Below, piece after piece: positions 38,035 to 48,969 of a DNA stretch of 64,000 nucleotides (within the stretch, counting starts at the first letter, position 1; the number at the start of each line of letters is the position of its first letter). Source of the DNA: Mobula hypostoma (lineage: Eukaryota); NCBI RefSeq assembly GCF_963921235.1, contig NC_086106.1, positions 19,034,001 to 19,098,000 on the forward strand. Direction: 5' to 3'. The position numbers and the translations under genes are program-made. The notes below the pieces were generated by a model that did no database searches, was not told where the DNA came from, and saw nothing but the letters and a program-made list of their open reading frames with translations.

Positions 38035-38337
38035 AATTGTCTGTCTTTATTCAAAATCCCCACATTGAAGAGATGTGGATCGACAAGACTCCTACCGTGA
38101 AGTGCACAGTTATCTGTACAGATCCCGAAGATATCCAGATCTCTTGGCACGTGGGCGGGAAGGAGAAAACTAAAGGAATTCTCACCCACCCAGCGGAGAG
38201 GGACGGGTCCCGATACAGAGTGCTCAGCGAACTCCAGATCAGTGTGGAGGAGTGGTTCAGTGGGGTGGAATACGAGTGCTCAGCTCAGGAATCTTCTTCA
38301 TCTTCCCCAGTGTCAGCACGGACCAATAGTACCAAAG
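38035..38337 (+). CDS. IgW: Constant exon C3
   Basis: Acceptor CCACAG|; ELSVFIQNPHIEEMWIDKTPTVKC...W...EYECSAQ...TK; phase-1 donor G|GTGGG at 38338. Confidence 0.95.
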
Positions 38338-38425
38338 GTGGGCAAGAGACCAGTGATTAAATGGCCAGCATTAGTTACCTGAGTCAAAATGTTTGACATT
38401 TCCTTTGTTTTCTTTTCTATTCCAG

Positions 38426-38743
38426 TCGAGATAAGAAGTCCCAAGGTCAGACTGCTGCCTCCACCTCAGGAAGAGACCAAGAATTGGAAAACGGCCACAC
38501 TGGAGTGTGTGGTGTCTGGATTCTACCCAGATCAAATAAATGTCATTTGGAAGAAAGGCAGCACCGTGATCACCTCCAACACCAGCGCTACACCGACCGC
38601 TCTGGAGCAGGGGTGGACTTTCAGTGCCAGACACTTCCTGACCTTGAGTTTACAGGAGTGGAAGTCAGAATCAGTCTTCAGCTGTACAGTGAGTCATCCC
38701 CCCTCCAACAGCAGTATCAAGAAGCAAGTGAAGAACGTCCAAG
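38426..38743 (+). CDS. IgW: Constant exon C4
   Basis: 88-bp intron; VEIRSPKVRLLPP...LECVVSGFYPDQINVIW...FSCTVSHPP...NVQ; phase-1 donor G|GTAGG at 38744. Confidence 0.95.
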
Positions 38744-40091
38744 GTAGGGTCCTGGGATGCATCCCATTATTGAAATTGTTTACATTGTGCTATGAATTCA
38801 AGGTAAACACCGAATCATGGTGCAGTCCTGGTTTAGTTATGTGAGTGAACTGATAAAGTTCAAAGTACAAAGTACATTTATTATCAAAGTATGTGCACCA
38901 TATACAACCTTGAGATTCTCTTCTTCCAGGCAGTCACAAAACAAAGAAACACAATAGAATTCAGAGTCAAACATCCAATGTGTGAAAAAGAAAGAACAAA
39001 TTGTGCAAACAATAAAAAAATTCAAACAAACAATCCACAGAACCTGAACTGCAGAGTCCCCTGAAGTAAATCCACAGCCACGTTGCCAGTTCAGCACTGC
39101 AACCGGTGCAGGAGACCGATGGCTGCAGGCCACGGCCGTGGAGCCAGGCTCAGTGCTGAGGTGAGTGCTGATGGCTGCAGGCCGCAGCTGCAGAGTCAGT
39201 TCAGTGCTGAGGCGAGTGAAGCCTCATCGAGAAGTGAGCTGAATACCGGTTTGTCCATTGACTCAGCCTCAATGTCTTCATCTTTTTCATCTCTCTTGGC
39301 ACTTAAATCAGCCAATCATCGGTTTGTTTTCTGCTCTCAACCAACATAATCCACACTTTTACCATAGAAATAAGAGTATCCCAGAAAATAATTTCATAAC
39401 TGGAGGAGAATCCAGACCATTTCACTCGACAGGCTCTCTGCAACTCGCTGATACTCATCTTCAATATGCTCCCTCCCTCTACCTTTGAACCTAATCCCAG
39501 CCTCCGATCAGTGTCTCAGATGTGACTGAATTTCCAGCAGAGTTGCTCTCCCTCTGCTCCTGTGTGGGAATAGTCAGCCTGGACAATGTGTCGAAGCCTC
39601 TGGAGGGCGGCCTGAACACACTACATTCTGACAAAGCAGCAGCAAATGTTAGTTACACCTGATAGACAAAAAGAGTGCATTTTAATATTTGTGACAAAAA
39701 CTAAACATTTCTCAGAAATCTTGAAATATGAAGTGTATTTTCTGGAAGATTTTCATGTGAAATTTTGCTCTGTTTCTTGTTCCACCGACACATTCTGAAA
39801 TACTGAGGATTTTCTGTATTTGTTTTAATAAGTCTCTGGTAACAGTTTAAGTGACCATGAAACTGCAAAAACAGTCTGAGGGCCAATCTTGTTCATTTAC
39901 GTTTGCTCAGGGTATTTACCCTGTCTGCTCAAAAGGGGAGATTCCTTTCTTCACCAATGTAGATTGGTCTTATCTCATCTTGATGGGACTGGCAAATCAT
40001 TGAACAGGAATGAACAGGAAATGTTGGTCTTGTCACAGACAAACTCATCCATTTGGGAATTTTGAAATAATAATTGTGACGTTTCTCCCAG

Positions 40092-40412
40092 TTGACTGTT
40101 CAGATACCCCCCTCTCAGTCACTTTAAGCAAACCTCCCTTCGAAGAGATCTGGACAAAGAGGACAGCGACCATTCTGTGTGAGGTGGTTCACAGTGATTT
40201 TCAGGGATTCAGTGTAACCTGGCAGGTGGACGGAAGGAAGAGGGAAGATGGGGTGAGGACTCTGGGTCCAGACAGCAATGGAGGTGAAGACGTGATCACC
40301 AGCAGACTGACAGTCCCTGCTGCAGAGTGGAACAGTGGGGCTGAGTACTCGTGTGTGATAGAGGACAAGAGTTTGCCAACACCAGTGAAGAAATCCATCA
40401 GGAAGGACACAG
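40092..40412 (+). CDS. IgW: Constant exon C5
   Basis: Acceptor TTTCTCCCAG| (in-frame alternative at 40103); VDCSDTPLSVTLSKPPFEEIW...LCEV...W...YSCVIED...; phase-1 donor G|GTACGT at 40413. Confidence 0.94.
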
Positions 40413-41014
40413 GTACGTGTGGACAGAATTCAGTGTGAGTCTGATCTTAGCAATTTGACAGATTAATCACCATCCAGCACTGCTCAACCATTCAATCTGG
40501 TCTCAGCTGATCATCCAAATTCAATTCCCGTTCCTGTTTTCTCCAGATATCCTTTGACACTTTCACCCGAAGAAGTATATTCAACCCATTCTTGAATATG
40601 TTAGATGATAATTCTTCAAGTGCATTCTGTGGGAGAGAGATCCACAGGTTCTCACTCCCTCTCACACGTACACAGCTTAGACTGCCACCCCTGCTCCAGG
40701 GGAGATGGAACAAACAGCACAGGATGATGCAAGTCCAGGGGCTGAGTTCCACTTTCTGTCGAGTTGCTGTGTTCAGCGACTCCCATTGATTAACCTGAAT
40801 AGACCAACCTCACTGGAAGCTGTAAAATGCAGCAGGTCCAAGATTTCCACTCCACAAATCCCAACGATGAGCAGAAAGGGAAAAGCCTTCAGTTTCAAAT
40901 CAAGTGAAGCCTCTCAGATTTAGAAATTGTTCATGTTGATGCAAGACCAGAATGTGTCGGGTAGGTAGGGAATTATTGGAAGATTCATTCTAACTGAGAT
41001 TCTCTCTGTTCCAG

Positions 41015-41400
41015 ATGCTGTTGTGACTCGTCCTCATGTCTACCTCCTCCCTCCTTCATCGGATGAGATAGACACCGATCAGACTGTGACCTTGATGTGT
41101 CTGATCACCAAGTTCTTTCCCGCAGACATCTATGTGGCCTGGATGGCCAATGACACCCTTCTGAACACAGGGTTTGTGAACCAGCCGGTGACCAAGGACC
41201 CCAGAAAAGGCTGGAACACAATGACCAGTCAGCTGAAGGTTTCTCCTGAGGAGTGGAATAGCGGCACCACTTTCTCCTGTGTGGTGGGTCATGAGTCGCT
41301 CACAACCAACCTGTTCCGAAGCATCAATAAATCTCACAGCAAACCCACCCTGGTCAATGTCTCACTCGTTCTGACTGATAGTTTTAAATCTTGTGTGTAA
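41015..41400 (+). CDS. IgW: Constant exon C6 with contiguous secretory tailpiece
   Basis: DAVVTRPHVYLLPP...MCLITKFFP...FSCVVGHESL...KPTLVNVSLVLTDSFKSCV*; tailpiece has an NVS sequon and penultimate Cys. Confidence 0.96.
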
Positions 41401-41694
41401 TACTGTGTGATTCAATCCATGAAACCCCAGTTTTGTTAGTTTTATGACTATTAATTATCACAGAGGATTATTTAGCTGATTAAAACATGATTAAAATCTG
41501 GACCTTTTAACATAATTAAGAATGAAATTAAGATCAAGAACCAAATTAAACTACAAACATGATTCACCACAAATCTCTGAGTTTGTGTGTACATTCTTAG
41601 ACCTTCTTCTGCCACGTTTGAATGGATTTCAACCCTGTGTGGGACTGCACAATGTATTAAATCCTTGTATGTGTCAATGTACCGATCCAAGTTC

Positions 41695-41700
41695 AATAAA
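41695..41700 (+). terminator. Polyadenylation signal of long secretory form
   Basis: AATAAA about 295 nt after the C6 stop codon. Confidence 0.6.
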
Positions 41701-42099
41701 TATCACAAGAAAATGTCTTAATTGTGATTTTTGGTGATGGGAAAAAAGGAACTTTCAACATGAGCCATGGCACGTGACACACAGTCAAGGAGAAATAGTA
41801 ATCTTTGTTTCTCTGGTGTCTGAACCCTTCCTGCATCGGGTATCCCACAGATCAGCTGTCAACTGATGGTCAGAGAGATTAGAATGTACGGCAATCTGAC
41901 AAAGAGTTGAGAGTTGAAACCAGTGACCGCACGTCATATCGATGTCAAAGATGTCGGATCACTGTTTGAGGGCTCCTTGTCCCCACTAACATTGCTGCTC
42001 CTCATCTGGTGCCTGTGTGTCACTAACTAAATGAAACGCATCATTGTTGGGAACTGTTCTGTTGCAATGGTGCAGTTAAACATCTGTCTGTCAGGGCTG

Positions 42100-44400
42100 A
42101 TGGTTTGCATCTGGACTGAAGGGGGACTAATATCCCAGTGAGAAGGTTTGCTTGTGCTGCATGGTGGGGGTGGCGGGGGATGCTGGTTTAACTAGAGTTG
42201 CAGGGGATGGGAACCAGAGTGTCAGAACAGATTGTGGAGAGGTTGTGGAGACAGAGGTTGTTTAGACATTAGGCAAAGTCAGGAATCAAGATGTTGAGCA
42301 TGGTGTGAGTAATGTTCTGAGCTGCGTATATCTCAAAGCAAGTATTATTGTAAAGAAAGGCAGATGAACTCAGGGCAGAGATCAATACATGGAATTATGA
42401 TATGGTGACCATTAGTGAGACTTGGTTGCAGGAGAGGCAGGACTGGTAGCTCAGTGTTCTGTGGTTCCATTTTTTAGATGCACAGAATGGGAGGGATTAA
42501 AGTGCAAATGTCACAGCAGTGTTCAGTCAGGAGAGACTGGAGAACTCCTCTCCTGAGACTTTACAGGTGGAAATGGGGAATAAGAAAAGTATGGCTATGT
42601 TAATGGGGCTATATTGTAGATCGCCCTGCAGGACCGAGAGGCACAAATTGTCGAGACATCACAGGCTATTGCAAGAAACACAAGGTTGCGATAGGAGGTG
42701 ATTTCAACTTTCCACAAATTGACTTGGACACCCAGACTACAAAAGGGATGGAGTTTGTCAAATGTATTCAAGAAAGTTTCCTTAATCAGTACATAGAAAT
42801 CCCAAGAGAGTGTGTGCAATACTTGATATCTTATTCAGGAATGAGACAGGGCAGGCGACAGAAGATTGTGTACGGAAACACTTTGCATCTACTGATCATA
42901 ATGTCATTAGTTTCAAAATAAATTTGGAAAAAAATAGATCTCGTTCCCAGGTTCAGAATCTAAATTGGAGAAAGGCCAGTTTTGATGATATCAGAAAGGA
43001 TCTGGTAAGTGCGAATTGGGACAGGCTGTTTTCTGGCAAAGGTGTACTTGGTAAGTGAGAAGCCTTCAAAAGTGAAACTTTGAGAGCACATTGCTTGTAT
43101 GTGCATGTCAGAAGAAAAGGCAAGGATGATATTTGATATTGAGGCCCTGGTTAAGAAGTACAAGGAAGTGAACAGCAGGTATAGGCAGGTAGGGACAAAT
43201 GAGGTACTTATGGAGTGTAAGAAATATGAAGAAAACACCTAAGAAAGAAATAAGAAGGGCTAAAAGAATGAACGAATGTAAACAACAGGAATTCTGCAGA
43301 TGCTGTAAATTTAAGCAACACAGATCAAAGTTGCTGGTGAACACAGCAGGCCAGGCAGCATCTCTAGGAAGAGGTGCAGTCGACGCTTCAGGCCGAGACC
43401 CTTCGTCAGGACTAACTGAAGGAAGAGTGATGCTGGACAGCAAGTGTTGTGGACAGCAAGAAAGACTATCAGAGCTTGTAGTGGGATCTGGACCAGTTGG
43501 TAAAATAGTCTGAAAAATGGTTGATGGAATTTAATGCAGACAAGTGCAAGGTGTTGCACTTAGGTAGGACCAGCTGAGGTAGGTCTTACACAGTGAACGA
43601 TGGGACACTGAGGAGTGCAGTAGAACAAAGAGATGTGGGAACACAGGTTCATAATTAATTGAAAATGGAGGCACAGGTAGATAGGATCATAATGAAATCT
43701 TTTGGCACACTGGCCTTCATAAATCAAAGTACTGAGTACAGGAGATGGGGTGTTATGTTAAAGTTGTATAAGACATTCTTGAGGCCTAATTTGAATTGAA
43801 TTGAATTGAATTGACTTTATTACCTACATCCTTCATATACATGAGGAGGAAAAATCTTTACCTGTTCAGCTTTGGTCACTTACCTGCAGGAAAGGTGTAA
43901 ATAAGCTTGAAAGAGTACAGGGAAAGTTTAAAAGGATGCAGCCAGGACTGAGAAACTGAGTTATAAGGAAAGATTACATAGGTTAGGACTTTATTCCTTG
44001 CAACGTAGAAGGTTGAGGGGAGATTTGATGGCGGTATAGAAAATTATCAGGGGTATAGATAGGGTAAATGCAAGCAGGCTTTTTCCACTGAGGTTGGCTG
44101 GAACTACAACTAGAGATCATGGGTTAAGGGTGAAAGGTGAAATATTTAAGGGAAACCTGAGGGGAAACTTCTTCACTCAGAGTTTTGTGAGAGTGTGGAA
44201 TGAACTGCCAGAGCAAGTGGTGCTTGCAAGCTCGATTTCAATGTTTAAGACAAGTTTGGATGGTTACATGGATGGGAGGGGTATGAAGGGCAATGGTTTG
44301 GGTGCAAGTCAATGGGACTTGGCAGCTCAAATGGCTCGGCACAGAACAGATGGGCCAAAGGGCCTGTTTCTGTGCTGTACTTTTCTGTGACTCTGTGACT
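42100..44400 (+). mobile_element. Degenerate CR1 LINE with a short Penelope-tail-like insertion (~43280-43435)
   Basis: Endonuclease and C-terminal CR1 peptides (e.g. 44094..44390 LRVKGEIFKGNLRGNFFTQ). Confidence 0.7.
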
Positions 44401-44689
44401 GTCAGACAATGACCAAGACCAGACAGTCTGTGTCTGCATTGCTTGCAGTTGAGAAGAATCCAGATTTCTGGACAAACATATCAGATGTAAAAGGGGCACG
44501 AGAGGGTAGATGTTGAGAGAATTTCACCTGTCATAGAGCAACGAACAAGGGGACAGAGTTACAAAGTAAGGAGCAGGACATTTGAAACTGTGGTGCAGAG
44601 AAATTTCTTCCCTCAGATGGAATGAATTCCCAGAAATCTCAGCCCAGAGGATGGAATCTGGTGGTCTGCACTTCCTCCTGTTTTCTTCT

Positions 44690-47350
44690 TGTGAGTTCAG
44701 TGGAGACAGAGACAGAGAGGATTAGAAGAAGAGACAAAGGATGAGATCAGAACTAGGCAAATAAAGAAATAGGTGTGTTGGACCCAGGATTGATCTTCAA
44801 AGATTTTGACACCCAGGAACTTGAAACTGCTCAACCTTTCCACTGCTGATCCCTCAATGAAGACTGATGTGTGTTCCCATGACTCCCCCTTCCTGAAGTC
44901 TGCAATCAATTGCTTCGTCTTACCGACGTTGAAAGTAAGGTTGTTGTTGAAACACCATGAACCCAACTGATCTATCCTGCTCTTGTATGCCTCCTCATCA
45001 CCCTGAAACTCAGCCTACAATTGCTCAACAGTAAATTTATAAATGCCACTTGAGTTCTACCTAGCCGCACAGTCGTGGGTGCAGAGAGAGTAGAGCAGTG
45101 GGTTAAGCACACATCCTTGAGGTGCTCCAGTGCTGATTGTCAGTGAGGAGGAGATGCTCATTCAGATTCACACTGACTGTGATCTCCCGGTGAGGATGTC
45201 AAGGATCCAGTTGTGGAGGGAGGTCTGGAGGCCCAGGTTTTGGAGTTTGTTGATTTGAACTGAGGTTATGATTGTGTTGAACACTGAGCTGTAATCAGTA
45301 AACAACATCCTGACGTTCAGCAGGTATTGTTATTGTCCAGGTGATCCAAGGCCGAGTGGAGAGCCAGTCAGATTCCATCTGCTGTAGACCTATTGTGGCA
45401 ACAGGCAAATTGCAGGAGTCCAGGTCCTTGCTTAAGCAGGAGTTGATTCTGGCCGTGACCAACCTCTCAAAGCATTTCCTCACAGTAGATGTGGGTGCAA
45501 CTGAGCGATAGTCATTGAGGCAGCTCACCCTGCTCTTCTTGGGCGCTGGTATGATTCTCACTCTTTTGAAACGGATGGGAACCTCTGACTGCAGCAGTGA
45601 GATATTGAAGATGTTCCTGAACACTCCCACCAGTTGGTTGGCACAGGTTTTCAATTCCATACCAGGCACAGCATCAGGGCCTGATTCAGTGTGAGGATTC
45701 ACCCTCTTGAAAGCTGCTCTGACGTTGGCATCCGAGACAGAGATGACAGGGTCACCAGACACTGCAGGGATTTACCCACATGTAGTTTCATTCTCCCTTT
45801 CAAAGTGTGCTTAAATGGCGTTGAGCTCATCTGGGAATGAAGCATCACTGCCATTCATGTTGTTTGGTTTCACCTTGTAGGAAGTAATGGCCTGAAAAGT
45901 CTGCCAGAGCTGAAGGGGATCTGATTCCTTCTCTAAGTTCAATTGGAATTGTTCAAAGGTTCATTTATTATCAAAGCCTGTATCCACATACAACTTGAAA
46001 TTTGTGTTCTCCAGATAGCCACGAAAACAAGAATATGAAAGTCGTTCAGAGAGAAACATCAAACCCATCCCTTCACCACCACCCCCACCGACAAAAACAG
46101 CATCCCGATCATCAATTGCCCCCAATAACCCCCTCTCCCTTCAGAAAACGGAGCAGGAACATTGACCCCCCCAAAAAACAAACCCTCCCCCACACAAAAA
46201 ACTAACAGAACATCAAACCCCGAACACCCTCCCCTTGCACAACAAAACGGAAAAGGAACGGGCAATAAAAAACACAGAATATAAAAACGATAGGTCTGAA
46301 AATGTCCACAATCCATAAACACAACTGTCCAATCCATAAACACAGAAACACAACACCATCTCCAATATCACCAACATTCATCGAAAGAGAGGAGAGGGAC
46401 ACCACACGAGGCAGAGAGGCCGACCCGCCTGTCACAGCGAGACACACAGCAATAGGCCGCTCACAGAATCCATCTCCAGCAGTGATCAAAACACAGGCAT
46501 CGGCACTGAAACTCTCTCTCACTTAATGGATGCTTCAAATGGAGAAATGGAGTCAATCATCGGCTCACACGCTGTCTTGAAGTTTCATTGCAACAAAGCC
46601 GTCTGAGAATGAACTCGGAATCTTTTTGGAGACAGCAAAGCGCTGGATCACTGAAACAATCTCCAATCTAAATCACAGTCTCGAACTGTAACAGTCTGAG
46701 AAACATATTTAAGGAGAAAAACAGACGCTAAGGATCAAAAAAGGATATTTTTGTGAGCCATCTGGAAGACGTTGTCTGAGGGAGCATTGCACTCTGGCAT
46801 CATCTTAACCAATAGCCTACCGCAGTTCATATCTGGGCTTCTTGTCTCATGTTGGGTCACCAGCCTAGACTGCCATAAATGGAGCCCTCAGCAGAGTACA
46901 AATCTCCAGGTCCATCCACAGCTTTTGATTTGGTATATCCGGGATGTTCTCGAAGGGACACACTCATCCACACAGGTCTTGATGAAGTTGGTGACAACTG
47001 TGGCATATTCATTCAGATTTGAAGAAAGGTCTCTGAATATTGTCCAGTTCACCAGCTCAAATTCCTGTAAGCGCACTTGTGACTTCCTTGACCATATCTT
47101 CTTGGTCCTCACTACCAGCACTGTGGTCTTTAGTCTCTGCCTATATGCCGGGAGTTGAAGTACAGCCAGGTGATCGGCCTTACCAAAGTGTGGCCATGTG
47201 CTGGCACGGTAACCGTTGTTGCTGGTGGTATCACAGTGGTCAAGTGTTGGCTCCTCTGGTTCCACAGGAGATATGTTAGTGGTCATTGTTCAGAGACTTC
47301 CTCAAGATGTCCTGGTTCAAATCCGGGTGTGCTATTTCGTGTTTACTGAT
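44690..47350 (-). mobile_element. Rex1/Babar LINE RT region, fragmented by an insertion (~45.9-46.8 kb)
   Basis: ORF 45295..45762(-): GPDAVPG...LNDYRSVAPTSTVRKCFERLV; ORF 46888..47286(-): DHLAVLQLPAYRQRLK. Confidence 0.8.
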
Positions 47351-48259
47351 CATGGTGCTCGGCCCTTCCAGTGACTGTCCGATGTTGGCCTGAGGTGGCT
47401 GTCCCCACACCATGCCTGGATCTGCTGTGGACTAATGGACTGAAATTGCTTGCAATCATTCATCAACAACTCCATTATCACTGTGTCATGTGACAGGGGA
47501 CTGAACCCAGCAGGATTTAATCGTGAGCAGTGTCCTGCAATGATCTTTGTCGGCCCTGCAACTATTCACTGATATTACTAATGATGTGGATGATGGGACA
47601 TAAAGCCATGTCTATGAGTGTCCAGCAAATGAAAAGCAGACTCCACAGGAAATAGAACGGCAGGGAGGTTTAAAGTGTGGAGATGGAAATAGATGAAGTG
47701 AACAGGACAACTGAAACAAAGCGAGATCATTGACTGGGGCAGGCAAGTTGCAGAGATGAAAAGAGAGATTTTTCATGGGAGATTCGAAAGTCAGCATCAG
47801 AATTTTCAATCTGGAGGAATCCCAGGATCAGTCTGAACAGATATGAGGCAGTCATTGATTCAGCTCAATGTCACAAATGGATCTACAGACTCTCATGTGC
47901 ACCGAGACAAGAAGATTGCAGGAAATGCTGTCTTTGATGAGAAACTGCACCTCTCATTGCAATTCACAGCTCCGATAGTGCATTCTATTGGCATTCCAAC
48001 AGCTAAATGTCACGTAGCTGGGCAACTGTCCTGCAGTCCCTGCTGTGAGCCAAATGGGTCCTGAGGAAATAAGCTCCTTGATGTTTGATTTTATTTTCTC
48101 AGTCAGAGGTTGTAAGCAGAGATGAGCAACCCACTCTGTAAACAAACCTGATTTCATTCCGTTGTACAATTCTGCACAGGATAAGTCTGAGCTGAAGTTG
48201 TCAAGCCAGCTGACAGCAGATATTGTCCAGTTTGTAAATTTTCTATTTCTAATCTACAG

Positions 48260-48562
48260 ACTTGTTTGTCTTTATCCAAAATCCCTCCATTGAAGAGATG
48301 TGGATCAACCAGACCGCTACTCTGGTGTGTATGATTATGGGTGCTGATCTGAGCCAGGTCCAAATCCACTGGAAGGTGAACGAGAGGGAGAAAATCAAAG
48401 CAAATGTGACCAAAAAACCGAGAGAGGAAGAAACCCAAGACACAGTGATCAGCCAACTCCAGACCAGTGTGGAGGAGTGGACCAGTGGGGTGGAGTACAC
48501 TTGCTCTGCCCAACAACCTTCTGCAACCTCACCAGTATCAGCACGGACAAAATGTACCAAAG
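48260..48562 (+). CDS. IgW: Extra constant exon (C3 paralog, C7) downstream of the secretory exon
   Basis: Acceptor CTACAG|; DLFVFIQNPSIEEMWINQTATLVC...W...EYTCSAQ...KCTK; 303 bp like C3; phase-1 donor G|GTGGG at 48563; about 53/101 aa identical to C3 by hand count. Confidence 0.93.
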
Positions 48563-48645
48563 GTGGGCAAGAGGTCAGCGATTAAAATGGACAACGTTGG
48601 TTACCTCAGTGAAAATGTTTGACATTTCCATTGTTTGCCCATCAG

Positions 48646-48969
48646 TTCCACTGGAGACAAAAGGTCCCAAAGTCAGACTGCTGCCACCGCCAGAGGGAGA
48701 GACCAAGAGTGGGAACACGGTCACCCTCGAGTGTGTTGCCTCTGGATTCTACCCGGACCAAATAACCGTCACCTGGGAGAAAGGGGACTCTCTGATCTCT
48801 TCCAACACCAGTGTGAGACAAACTGCTCTGGAACAGGCAGGGACTTTCATTGCCAGCTACGTCCTGACCGTGAGCACAGAGGAGTGGAAGGAAGGCTCAG
48901 TTTTCAGATGCACAGTGTCTCATCCCCCCTCCAACACCAGTGTCAGGCAGGATGTGAAAAACATTCAAG
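48646..48969 (+). CDS. IgW: Extra constant exon (C4 paralog, C8)
   Basis: Acceptor ATCAG|; VPLETKGPKVRLLPP...LECVASGFYPDQITVTW...FRCTVSHPP...NIQ; phase-1 donor G|GTATGA at 48970; about 67/106 aa identical to C4. Confidence 0.93.
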
